Origin: Candidatus Jordarchaeia archaeon
GTDB taxonomy: Archaea > Asgardarchaeota > Jordiarchaeia > Jordiarchaeales > Jordiarchaeaceae
DNA: 60,448 bases
Assembly (NCBI GenBank): GCA_029856435.1
Contig: JAHQXB010000079.1
Span: 1-60,448, forward strand
Reading direction: 5' to 3'
Shown: positions 39,332 to 48,825 of the stretch, in pieces
Numbering within the stretch: position 1 is the stretch's first letter
Layout: every line of letters starts with the position of its first letter
Translations under genes and position numbers: made by a program
Notes under the pieces: generated by a model
What the model was told of the DNA's origin: nothing
What the model saw: the letters and a program-made list of their open reading frames with translations, nothing else
Database searches by the model: none

Positions 39332-41407
39332 TTACATTTTTTGAGTGGAATCCGATGGTTGTTCTTCTTTTGGGGGCCACTCAAAAATAACCACAGTTAA
39401 ACAGATGAGGAAGGGCATGAAGGATAAGAAAATCTGCAGGTACTGAGAGTTCCCAAAGGGAATAATTCCCACCATTAGAACTGTGGGGTTTAATTCAGAG
39501 CTTTGAACACATATCCTTTGGGCGTCAGAGATGGTCTGATAGCCTTGAGAGTCTATCGCGCAGGCATAAAATACTATGCTGTGATTGTTGAAATAGGAGG
39601 AATCTATGGTAAAGCTGTGACTGGGGGCTAGCATTGGCGTTGAATTGATAATTACTTTATGATAGTCTGTAACCACTATTTCTAGACTGATTATTCCTTG
39701 GGGGTCGCTGCAAGAGATGTTGATTGTAAATTGTTCTCCGGGGCTGATGCTTGTGGGGGCGTTGATGTTGAAGATGGTGGGTTTGTCTGGTGTAGAGCCT
39801 ACTTCTAGGATTGTGGTGTTATAGAGATGGTTGGGTTTGGTTACTGTGATATTATATTTGCCAGTTGTGGGCGCTGGGATTTTTATTCGGCCTTGAGAGT
39901 CGGTGAGGTAAGTGTGATAATATTCTGTTCCTTGTATGCATATTAGGGCGTTGCTCACTGGGCGTCCTCCGCTGTTTTGGATTCTAATCTGCATTATTTG
40001 GCCCGGTGTGGGTGTGTATTCTGGTAGAATGATGCTTAAGTTTTGCGGGATGTTGGTCCATATGGGGAGCTCTGGGTCTCCTAGTAGGATGTATTCAAAG
40101 AATTCCTGTCTGTATATGCTGTTTTCAGCCATTCTAAATAGGCCCACCTTCTGGTAGTACTCCTGTTTACTTTGGTATAGGGCATAGCCAGCGCGTTGGG
40201 AAAAAAGGCCGTCATCAGTGTGGAGGAGTATTTCAAAGAATAATGCGTCCAGAAGAGAATCTGATAAATCATTAATGTTGTCTCCACCATAACTTGTTCT
40301 GGTAGCTCCAATATAGGATATTGCTCCACCATCTGGGTTCTTTAACATAGCCTCACCTAAGCAATCCCCTGCATAGTCTAGACGTGCTGTTGAGCAGGCC
40401 GAAGCAAAAACTAGGGGCAACCTATAACTGTTATTTGAACTCGAAGCATAAGTGGAGTCATAGTAACTGCCGGAGCTTTCAGATCGGTAAACTGAAGTGG
40501 GGGAACCGTGCGAGCATAGGTTGACTATTGCGCATCCATTGTTTATTGCATTTCTAAAATTGTCTAAAGTTAAATTGGTATAACTGCGGATGGAGTCGTA
40601 AAATAGAGTGGTAAAGTTCATGTTTAGATCTTTGGGGAAAATATAGTCTCGGATGTAGTTTTTGATTCGCCATCCCTGAATGTTTCCGCTCTGGCTTAGT
40701 TGGCCTCCCGCGAAAACAGCCATTTGCATCCAGTCCCCGATATAGTTGGCTATTTCTATTTCGTAGGTAAGTATCTTGTTTATCATGTCTTCAAGCTCGG
40801 TTATGTTTGAGGCTGGAAGTCTTCCAACGTATAGTTCTGGAATCCAATCTATCTCGCCAAATTCCCCGTATAACTCATTTCCATTATTGTCAAAGGTTCC
40901 ATTCAGAGCGGCGTAGTAATAGTCGCTTGGTACATTGTCCAGTCCAGTCCAAAAGTATCTTGTGGGAATTATGCTGACGTCGCCTGCCAGTAGGACCCAG
41001 CGAATATTCCACTGATTGTATGCGTCTATCAGAAAGTTGCGTAATTTTGATTGATTGTCGTTTCCGGGATAGTTTTCGTAGATGTAGGTTGTGTTGAATA
41101 TGGTTGCGGGTATTCCTTTTTGTGTTTTCCATTCCGCAAATTGGACTAGGTGGGGGTTGTTGGCCCATTCTGGGGGGGCTATTATTATGTACTGTGTGGT
41201 GTTTGTTTTAAGAATTAGTGGCGTGGGGATGTCTTGTATTTGTAGGGCTTGCTGGTTTTGTGAGATAACTGTGGGTATCCAAGTGTTGGGTGCGGGGAGG
41301 AGTAGAAGTGTGGCTCCTAGGGTTATCAGGAGTATTAGGAATCCAAGCTTTATGAGTGAATTTCTCAATGTGAACACTCCTATTTCTGGAAATGGGGGAA
41401 TCCTCAA
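39332..41407 (-). CDS. Secreted, membrane-anchored C25 (gingipain-family) cysteine peptidase
   Basis: N-terminal signal/TM; YIIIAP, VLLAGD..IIP, SDYYY, VGRLPA, catalytic HG (CSHGS) and SACS, LLGDP; Ig-like region and C-terminal TM helix. Confidence 0.85.
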   Translation of the reverse strand: MRIPPFPEIGVFTLRNSLIKLGFLILLITLGATLLLLPAPNTWIPTVISQNQQALQIQDIPTPLILKTNTTQYIIIAPPEWANNPHLVQFAEWKTQKGIPATIFNTTYIYENYPGNDNQSKLRNFLIDAYNQWNIRWVLLAGDVSIIPTRYFWTGLDNVPSDYYYAALNGTFDNNGNELYGEFGEIDWIPELYVGRLPASNITELEDMINKILTYEIEIANYIGDWMQMAVFAGGQLSQSGNIQGWRIKNYIRDYIFPKDLNMNFTTLFYDSIRSYTNLTLDNFRNAINNGCAIVNLCSHGSPTSVYRSESSGSYYDSTYASSSNNSYRLPLVFASACSTARLDYAGDCLGEAMLKNPDGGAISYIGATRTSYGGDNINDLSDSLLDALFFEILLHTDDGLFSQRAGYALYQSKQEYYQKVGLFRMAENSIYRQEFFEYILLGDPELPIWTNIPQNLSIILPEYTPTPGQIMQIRIQNSGGRPVSNALICIQGTEYYHTYLTDSQGRIKIPAPTTGKYNITVTKPNHLYNTTILEVGSTPDKPTIFNINAPTSISPGEQFTINISCSDPQGIISLEIVVTDYHKVIINSTPMLAPSHSFTIDSSYFNNHSIVFYACAIDSQGYQTISDAQRICVQSSELNPTVLMVGIIPFGNSQYLQIFLSFMPFLICLTVVIFEWPPKEEQPSDSTQKM

Positions 41408-41462
41408 CTAGTATAGTTTTTTATGATTTGGGGGTTGTTTCCCAAGATTTGTTTTTTGGGGT

Positions 41463-42509
41463 TTATTCCATTTCTTTTATTGAGATTCTTTTTACTAGTA
41501 GTTTGTTGGTTCGGTCTTCTATTTTTAGGATGTATTCGCCGTTGTTGTCGACTCGGGGATATTGGAATACTAGTTCTTCGTAGGGGAACCAGATTTCTAC
41601 TGTTGTGTCCCAGGAGTAGGTTTCAAAAAATTCTTCGATGTGAGCGATGGATATTTTTATGTTTTCCAGTCCTTTTTCAGAGTTGTTCTTGACGGTTATT
41701 TTTAGTTTTTTCTTGTTATCGGTGAATTCTACGCCCACCAGTTCTATGGGGCTTTCGGGAATGTGCTCGATGGCTCTGGTTTCTATGGCGCTTTTTCCGG
41801 ATAGCGGGACAGACCTGGTTTGGGGGCCACTTAAACCGTAAATGTTGCTGAGAAGGAAGTATATTAGGTTTCTCTGTTTCTCCACATCGCTCTGTAGGGC
41901 CTCCATTAATTCTGACGATATTATTGGTATGGATATCTCGCATATGTTCAGGAGATTATTTTCGATTTCTTCCCCTTCCTTAATAATTTTGTTATCTTCT
42001 TGGGTTCTTATAGGTTTGCAACGAGCCAAATCCTTCTCTATTAAGAGGTAAAGCTTGTCCTGCAAGCTCTCTCTGATTTTCTGAAGTATAACGCTGAGCA
42101 ACTTATCTCCTAAAGGTTTAGCTAAACCCACGGGTACACTGATTATGAGAACAAAAACCTCCTCTGTCTCAGGAGACATACCTGCCCTTTGTTTTTCCCT
42201 AGCTGACTTCGCCTTAAACTTCGTGGCGGCATAAACCTTCCCCCCAAACTCCAAATCCACGCGGTTCAGCCCCTCTTTGAAATCGTCTGCTCCCAGCCAC
42301 CAGACAGGATGCTTCTGAATAATTCTCAGCGTCTCCAAATCATTCTTAAGACTCTCTGGGCATGTAAATAGGGCAAGATGTCCTTTGGTTTCGTGAAAGT
42401 AGCACAGGTAAATGCCAATCAAACCCTCTAAAATATTTGGGTGTCGCTCTTCCTTCTTTTGTTGAAATTCTAGACCCTTAATTACATTATCATCCGAATT
42501 TTTAGACAT
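41463..42509 (-). CDS. uDENN/longin (NPRL2/FLCN-like) protein with a C-terminal beta module
   Basis: IYLCYFHETKGHLALFTCPE resembles the uDENN first hairpin (I....F....G..+.+..PE); Arg-rich loop KSAREKQRAG; shared C-terminal module. Start moved to MSKNS. Confidence 0.55.
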   Translation of the reverse strand: MSKNSDDNVIKGLEFQQKKEERHPNILEGLIGIYLCYFHETKGHLALFTCPESLKNDLETLRIIQKHPVWWLGADDFKEGLNRVDLEFGGKVYAATKFKAKSAREKQRAGMSPETEEVFVLIISVPVGLAKPLGDKLLSVILQKIRESLQDKLYLLIEKDLARCKPIRTQEDNKIIKEGEEIENNLLNICEISIPIISSELMEALQSDVEKQRNLIYFLLSNIYGLSGPQTRSVPLSGKSAIETRAIEHIPESPIELVGVEFTDNKKKLKITVKNNSEKGLENIKISIAHIEEFFETYSWDTTVEIWFPYEELVFQYPRVDNNGEYILKIEDRTNKLLVKRISIKEME

Positions 42510-42617
42510 CTTAACGCACCAGAGAGTCTGGTAAAACAGTAAAGGATTCATTTTTCAGAGCAATCTTAATCTCTCGGTTCAAGAGTAGAAGTTTGGAAGT
42601 TAGTTAATTAATTTTTC

Positions 42618-43190
42618 TTAAACTCTTTTTTCAGCTGTATCCTTAGGTTGTAACTGGATCTCGTAATACCGTGTGTATTTTTTGAATTGGTTAACCCATT
42701 TTTTACTAATGACGCCCACAATCTGTCCCTGTTTATTAACAACTCCGACCCGCTTCACTTTAGTTTTGTCAAAGAGGGCTCTTAACTCGTCCATAGAAAC
42801 GTCCTCGCTCACCGTTATGATATCTCTAACCATCACATCTCCCGCTTTATAAATTCGGGGATCCTTCTCCTTAGCCACCAAACGGAATATGACTCCATCT
42901 GTGATTATTCCAACAACCTTGTCGTTATCATCTTTTACGAATACTGAGCTTATCCAGTTATCCACCATTAGTTTTGCTACTTTGGGCAGGGAATCGTTGA
43001 CATGACAGGTTATCACGTCACGACTTGCGGCGTTGACTATTGAGAATTTTTCCTTATCTTCAGTTGACAATGTTTCCACCAAATTTTTATGAATCCATCT
43101 GTTGATACCTTTTTTGATTAGGCTTTTATACTTTTTTAATGTGCTAACAGGACTAAATTGTTCTTGTGTGTCTAGGGATGCAAAAGGCAC
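42618..43190 (-). CDS. CBS-domain pair protein
   Basis: VAKLMVDNWISSVFV...VVGIITDG..FR and VGVV...IVGVIS; start uncertain. Confidence 0.85.
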   Translation of the reverse strand: MPFASLDTQEQFSPVSTLKKYKSLIKKGINRWIHKNLVETLSTEDKEKFSIVNAASRDVITCHVNDSLPKVAKLMVDNWISSVFVKDDNDKVVGIITDGVIFRLVAKEKDPRIYKAGDVMVRDIITVSEDVSMDELRALFDKTKVKRVGVVNKQGQIVGVISKKWVNQFKKYTRYYEIQLQPKDTAEKRV

Positions 43191-43433
43191 TGTTTTGTGT
43201 AGTTTTTTGTTTTTTCACCCTTTTTATTAATTTGCGTAATTTATTCATATTTTTGGAGGTTTTCAATTAAAGAGCAATGTTAAAAAGGAAAATTGTGCAA
43301 ATGGGGCAGCGTTATTGGTAAATAAATATTTGATATTTGCATTCGCCTTTTGGGAAGGATGACGGTAGATAGAGTTAAAATTGTTTTTTGGCTAGGTAGA
43401 ATTTAATTGAGGACTGTTTTAGAGGTTGTGGAA

Positions 43434-44801
43434 ATGGTATTAAAGCACCAGTACATATCAGCAACCGAGAAAGATAAGAAGGCTATGTTAGACGAACTCG
43501 GTATCAGAAGCGTTGAGGAACTATATAGGGATATACCGAAAAAAATTAGGTTGAATAGGCCACTGGACCTTCCCAGCCCGCTGGTGGAGGCTGATTTGAA
43601 GCAGTTTATTGAGCAGATGATGGATAAGAATGTTACACATAAGGATATGCCTGTTTTTTTGGGCTCGGGGGTCTGGCTTCACTACGTTCCAGCAGTGGTA
43701 AGGTCGCTGGCTTTTCTTCCAGAATTTTTAACTTCCTATACTCCCTACCAGCCGGAGGTTTCTCAGGGAATCCTTCAAGCTTTGTTCGAGTATCAAAGTA
43801 TGATCTGTGAGATTACAGGTATGGATGTGGCTAATGCTTCTATGTATGATTGGGCATCCGCGCTTGGTGAGGCTGCATTAATGGCGGGGAGAGTAACCAG
43901 AAGGGAGGAAATTTTAATACCTAAGATAATTCATCCCGAAAGAAAAGCCACACTTGAAACATATACGCATAACATAATGAGTTTTAAAGAGATTCCTTAT
44001 GACGCGGAGACAGGAACCATCGACGTCAACGCTTTGAACAATATGATTTCTGAGAAAACTGCAGCAGTATATGTAGAGAACCCAAACTATTTTGGTGTGA
44101 TGGAACATGAAGTTGCCGAAATTAGCGGTATAGCTCACGAAAACGGCGCCTTATTTATGGTGGGTGTAGATCCTACTTCTTTGGGCGTTCTTGCGCCACC
44201 AGGAGAATATGGTGCGGATATCGTGATTGGAGAGGGACAACCCCTTGGCGTTGACCCATCTTTTGGGGGCCCCTTGATTGGACTATTTGCCTGTCGAGAT
44301 GACAAGGCGTTAATAAGAAATATGCCCGGAAGACTCATTGGTATGACTGAGGACGCACGGGGAAATCGCTGTTTTACAATAACCTTGCAGACCCGAGAGC
44401 AACACATTCGCAGAGAGAAGGCCACAAGTAATATCTGCTCTAATGAGGCACTTTGCGCAGTTCAGGTGGCAATATATCTTGCTTGCGTGGGACCAAACGG
44501 GCTGGCCCAGCTGGGAGAGACCTGTATGGCCAACGCTAAATACGTGATGAAAAAGATAAATGAAATAGAAGGATTTACTGCACCGATATTTCATTCGCCT
44601 CATTTCAAGGAATTTACAGTTAAATCTCAGAGATCTGCAGAGGAGGTTCACAGAATGCTGTTGGATAGAGGGGTACATGGAGGTAAAATCATTAAAAATG
44701 AGTTCCCAGAGCTTGGAGAAGCTAGCCTCTACAGCGTAACTGAGATCCACAGCCTCGAAGATATGGAAAAATTGTTAGAAGCTCTCACAGAAATCGCGTA
44801 G
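43434..44801 (+). CDS. gcvPA: Glycine dehydrogenase (decarboxylating) subunit 1
   Basis: TSYTPYQPEVSQG, NASMYD and REQHIRREKATSNICSNE. Confidence 0.95.
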   Translation: MVLKHQYISATEKDKKAMLDELGIRSVEELYRDIPKKIRLNRPLDLPSPLVEADLKQFIEQMMDKNVTHKDMPVFLGSGVWLHYVPAVVRSLAFLPEFLTSYTPYQPEVSQGILQALFEYQSMICEITGMDVANASMYDWASALGEAALMAGRVTRREEILIPKIIHPERKATLETYTHNIMSFKEIPYDAETGTIDVNALNNMISEKTAAVYVENPNYFGVMEHEVAEISGIAHENGALFMVGVDPTSLGVLAPPGEYGADIVIGEGQPLGVDPSFGGPLIGLFACRDDKALIRNMPGRLIGMTEDARGNRCFTITLQTREQHIRREKATSNICSNEALCAVQVAIYLACVGPNGLAQLGETCMANAKYVMKKINEIEGFTAPIFHSPHFKEFTVKSQRSAEEVHRMLLDRGVHGGKIIKNEFPELGEASLYSVTEIHSLEDMEKLLEALTEIA

Positions 44802-44857
44802 TTCAAGATAGGAGGTTAAGGGAAGAAACAGTGTTTGTGGTTTGAGGAGGTTATGAA

Positions 44858-46402
44858 ATGTCTGAGGGATTTAAACAAGCTATCTGGAAGGAAAAAGAGA
44901 AGGTGCTGGAGCCACTCATATTTGAGATAAGTGTACCGGGTAGAGTTGGACATATTTTGCCCAAGGCTTGTGACAAAGTTCTTAGAGAAGTTGGAGATGT
45001 GCTGAAAAGTATTCCGGAAAAAATCAGGAGAAAAACTCCAGTCAATCTGCCTGAGGTATCAGAAATACAGTTAACTAGGCACTATCTCCATCTCGCCCAG
45101 ATGAACTATGCGGTGGATTTAGGTTTTTACCCTCTGGGTTCCTGTACAATGAAGTACAATCCAAGGATAAATGAAGAAATAGCCAGAATGGACAAGATTT
45201 CAAGACTTCACCCATATCAAGACGCCTCTACGGTTCAGGGAGCCTTGGAGTTGCTCTACCGTTTAGAAAAAATACTCGCAGAAATCTCGGGAATGGCACG
45301 GGTTACCTTGCAACCTTCTGCGGGGGCTCATGGAGAACTAACCGGCCTCTGTATAATAAGAAAATACCATGAAGATAAGGGAGAAATTCAGAATAGAAGG
45401 GAAATAATTGTACCAGATTCGGCTCATGGAACCAACCCTGCGAGTGCTAATATGGCTGGTTTTAATGTAGTGACAATTCCATCCTCCAAAGAGGGCTGTG
45501 TTGACCTAGAAGCCCTAAGAGCCATAGTGGGGAAACAAACAGCGGGCCTTATGCTTACCAACCCTAACACGCTGGGCATATTTGAGGAGGACATACTGGA
45601 AATTTCACACATTATTCATAATGTTGGTGGCCTCCTATACTATGATGGAGCTAACTTGAACGGAGTTTTGAATAAGGTTAGACCGGGAGATATGGGGTTT
45701 GACATTGTTCACTTCAATCTGCATAAAACCTTTTCTACGCCTCATGGTGGAGGAGGCCCAGGCGCGGGACCAGTAGGAGTAAAGGAGGAGTTGGTTCCCT
45801 ATCTACCGATACCCACGATCGAGTACGACGAGAAGAAGGGCATTTACTACTTGGAGTATGATAGGCCTAAGTCCATAGGAAAGATGAAGGGGTTCTACGG
45901 GAACTTCGGGGTAATCGTCAAAGCTTACTCCTACATTCTTTCACTTGGAGCTAAGGGATTAAATGAGGTCGCTGAGGTTGCGGTTCTTAATGCCAATTAC
46001 TTGGCAAAAAAAATTAGTGAAATACCCGGATTCGGTCTCCCCTACGCTGAAAAGCCTCGTAAGCATGAGTGCGTGATAAGCGCCGCAAAACTGAAGGCTG
46101 AAACTGGCGTCACCGCATTTGACGTAGCGAAAAGAATACTGGATTTTGGGATACACGCACCAGTTGTTTACTTTCCCCAGATAGTTGAGGAGGCACTAAT
46201 GATTGAGCCAACAGAAACTGAAACTAAGGAAAACTTAGACACTTTTGTTTCGGTGATGAGAAAGATATCCAGCGAAGCCTATGGTGAAAAAGAAAAGGTT
46301 CTGAACGCCCCCCATAATACCTCAGTGGGCAGAGTGGATGAGGTTAGAGCAGCCAGAAAACCAATACTGAGTTGGAAAATGTATCAGAAATATAAAAGTT
46401 AG
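44858..46402 (+). CDS. gcvPB: Glycine dehydrogenase (decarboxylating) subunit 2
   Basis: YPLGSCTMKYNP, AHGTNPASA and NLHKTFSTPHGGGGPG (PLP Lys). Confidence 0.96.
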   Translation: MSEGFKQAIWKEKEKVLEPLIFEISVPGRVGHILPKACDKVLREVGDVLKSIPEKIRRKTPVNLPEVSEIQLTRHYLHLAQMNYAVDLGFYPLGSCTMKYNPRINEEIARMDKISRLHPYQDASTVQGALELLYRLEKILAEISGMARVTLQPSAGAHGELTGLCIIRKYHEDKGEIQNRREIIVPDSAHGTNPASANMAGFNVVTIPSSKEGCVDLEALRAIVGKQTAGLMLTNPNTLGIFEEDILEISHIIHNVGGLLYYDGANLNGVLNKVRPGDMGFDIVHFNLHKTFSTPHGGGGPGAGPVGVKEELVPYLPIPTIEYDEKKGIYYLEYDRPKSIGKMKGFYGNFGVIVKAYSYILSLGAKGLNEVAEVAVLNANYLAKKISEIPGFGLPYAEKPRKHECVISAAKLKAETGVTAFDVAKRILDFGIHAPVVYFPQIVEEALMIEPTETETKENLDTFVSVMRKISSEAYGEKEKVLNAPHNTSVGRVDEVRAARKPILSWKMYQKYKS

Positions 46403-46430
46403 TGTCTTCAATCACAATTTGAACTTTTAT

Positions 46431-47585
46431 CTAGCGATTTTGGTTCCCGCCAGCCTTCAGTTCCCTTAGCAGCTTCATTAGATCTACAACCTTGGCAAGT
46501 CTAGGCTTTTCTTTTATGATTATCTGCACCTGAGTTCCAAGAATTGAAAAATCTGGATGCACGTAGCCCATTCCTATGCCCATTTTTCCATGGGTTACTG
46601 ATATGCCTCCACTGGTGATTGAACCTATTTCTCTGTCACCGTGAAAAATGGGGTAGTGAGGCCTGGGAATTCCCCTATCCTCCATAGCTATTCCAACCCT
46701 CACACGAGAAAGGGGAACCTCTTTAAGCTTTATCAATTTTTCTTTTCCAACAAAGTTCTTCTTTTCAAGGTTCAAAAATGCGTCCAGTTTTGCTTCGAAG
46801 GGATTGGTGTTCTCGTCTATGTCATTTCCATAAAGTGGCAAACCAGCTTCAAGCCTCAAGGTATCTCTAGCCCCCAGCCCGCAGGGGAGAATACTAAACT
46901 CTTCTCCCGCCTCTAAAATGTTATTCCACAGGTTCAGGGCCTGCTTAGCACTGTTAAGAGGAACATCAAACTGAATGATTTCAAAGCCATCTTCACCAGT
47001 GTACCCAGTCCTCGAAACCATACAGGGATGATTCGAAACTTCTGTCATTATAAAATTGAAACGTTTCAAAAGGTTTAGGTCAACTTGTACTAGTTTCTGT
47101 AAAGTTTTTTGGGAAGCTGGTCCTTGAAGAGCATACATTGGTGTTAGATCAGAAATATCGTTTATTTTTACTTTGTAGTTTTTGGATTTTTCCAGAAGCC
47201 AATTGAAATCCTTTTCTCTGTTCCCAGCATTTACTACTAAAAGACTCTTTTCTTCATGAAAATAGTTTATAATAATGTCATCCATTATTCCGCCTTCCTC
47301 GTTAAGTAGGAGACCATATCTGCAGGCGCCTTCATGTAAATCATACATATTTCTCGAGGTAACATAATCAAGAAAATCTTTTGAGTCTTGACCGGTAATT
47401 TCGAACCTCCCCATATGGGTTACATCAAAAATTCCGACACTATTTCTGACAGCCAAATGTTCCTTTATTATGCCGTACTGCTTGTATTCTTGGGGCATTG
47501 CGAAGCCAGAAAAACTGGTCATGATTGCTCGTCCAACATGCCAGTTGTATAAATGAGTCACTCTCAGATTTTCTTCATTTCTCAT
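46431..47585 (-). CDS. gcvT: Glycine cleavage system aminomethyltransferase T
   Basis: FDVTHMG, SRTGYTGEDGFE and GLGARDTLRLEAG. Confidence 0.95.
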   Translation of the reverse strand: MRNEENLRVTHLYNWHVGRAIMTSFSGFAMPQEYKQYGIIKEHLAVRNSVGIFDVTHMGRFEITGQDSKDFLDYVTSRNMYDLHEGACRYGLLLNEEGGIMDDIIINYFHEEKSLLVVNAGNREKDFNWLLEKSKNYKVKINDISDLTPMYALQGPASQKTLQKLVQVDLNLLKRFNFIMTEVSNHPCMVSRTGYTGEDGFEIIQFDVPLNSAKQALNLWNNILEAGEEFSILPCGLGARDTLRLEAGLPLYGNDIDENTNPFEAKLDAFLNLEKKNFVGKEKLIKLKEVPLSRVRVGIAMEDRGIPRPHYPIFHGDREIGSITSGGISVTHGKMGIGMGYVHPDFSILGTQVQIIIKEKPRLAKVVDLMKLLRELKAGGNQNR

Positions 47586-47814
47586 GAAACCACCATGAAA
47601 AATTAACTAATTTCTCCTTTAGTACTATCTCGCCTAGATAGCTAATTTATTTTCCCCTAGGTGGGTATTAAAGTTAGTTAAACTGACTTCTTTAGGATTA
47701 GCGGAAAGAGGTCATAAAAGGGTTGATCTGCAGCACTTCAAGAAATCAAGAAATAAATAAATGGTTGGTAGAATATTTTTGACATAAAATTATTTTCAGA
47801 TAGGGGGTGTCTAA

Positions 47815-48813
47815 TTGGATTTTTTGAAGATTGGTAGGTTCTATGAGAAACTAGCGGAGAAAAGCCTTTCTTTTTTTAAAAAAGACTTTAAGAGTGCTGG
47901 GTACTGGTATAGTAGCGCGGCGGACTGCTATAAGATTGGAGGGGCTGAAGAAAAGTTCTTCGACTTAAAAAATTTAGCGCTAAAATATTTTCTGAGACTT
48001 TTAGAGGAGCCCAAAGAAAAGGGCATAGTAGATAGTATAGGCAAGGTTTACCTATGGGTTTCCTATGCGTATCGTGCATTGGGAAATCTAGATGAGCACC
48101 GCAACTTTTTAATCAAAGCAGCTAAAAACTTTGTCCTACAAGCACAGAATCTAAGTAAAAGTTATAAAACATCACTGCAAGCCATCATAAATTATTGTAG
48201 CGCTGCAAACTGTTACCGAATTCTCGGTGACAGAAGCAGAGCCGAGGAACACTATAAAAATGCTTTAAGAATATATTATCAAAGAGGCAAAAATAAGGGT
48301 GTAGAGTTTTCATCGGTACTGCTAGCCTCATGCCACTACAGATTGGGTGACATTAAAAAGGCGATTGAAATTTTAGGAAAAGAATCAAAAAAGCAGAACC
48401 TTCCTCCACTAGTATTCTCAAACATCAACTTAATCCTTGGATGTTATTATCTGGAAGGTGGGGAGGAAGAGGAAGCTAGGAAACACTTCGAAGAAGCACG
48501 AGTCCCTCCTGATACTGAAAAGCTTTCAGCACCTGAACTAGTTACCCAAGCCCTATGCCAACTTATGTTAAACAATGCTGAAAACGCCGCGGGGCTAGCT
48601 GATGTATCTATAAGGCTGGCATCCAAATTACGGGACTACAATCTGGGACAACTTATACAAGAAATAGGAGAACTTATATTAAGCCTTATTAAAGGACAAG
48701 AACAAAAAATTGAAGAATTAATGGAAAGCCTAACTTGGCAACATATGGAACTCCCACTTTATGACGCTCTAAACATAATTACTAGAAAACGGAGCCAGTG
48801 GAAACGCAATTAG
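47815..48813 (+). CDS. TPR/alpha-solenoid protein (SNAP-like repeats)
   Basis: Repeated A..Y..AA.CY helices (AGYWYSSAADCYK, AIINYCSAANCYR, ASCHYRLGD..KA). Confidence 0.65.
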   Translation: MDFLKIGRFYEKLAEKSLSFFKKDFKSAGYWYSSAADCYKIGGAEEKFFDLKNLALKYFLRLLEEPKEKGIVDSIGKVYLWVSYAYRALGNLDEHRNFLIKAAKNFVLQAQNLSKSYKTSLQAIINYCSAANCYRILGDRSRAEEHYKNALRIYYQRGKNKGVEFSSVLLASCHYRLGDIKKAIEILGKESKKQNLPPLVFSNINLILGCYYLEGGEEEEARKHFEEARVPPDTEKLSAPELVTQALCQLMLNNAENAAGLADVSIRLASKLRDYNLGQLIQEIGELILSLIKGQEQKIEELMESLTWQHMELPLYDALNIITRKRSQWKRN

Positions 48814-48825
48814 GAGAAGAGGGTA

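Noticed and set aside
43434-47585. Glycine cleavage cluster lacking gcvH and lpd
   Set aside because: H and L proteins are commonly encoded elsewhere in archaea; absence from a 60-kb window is uninformative.
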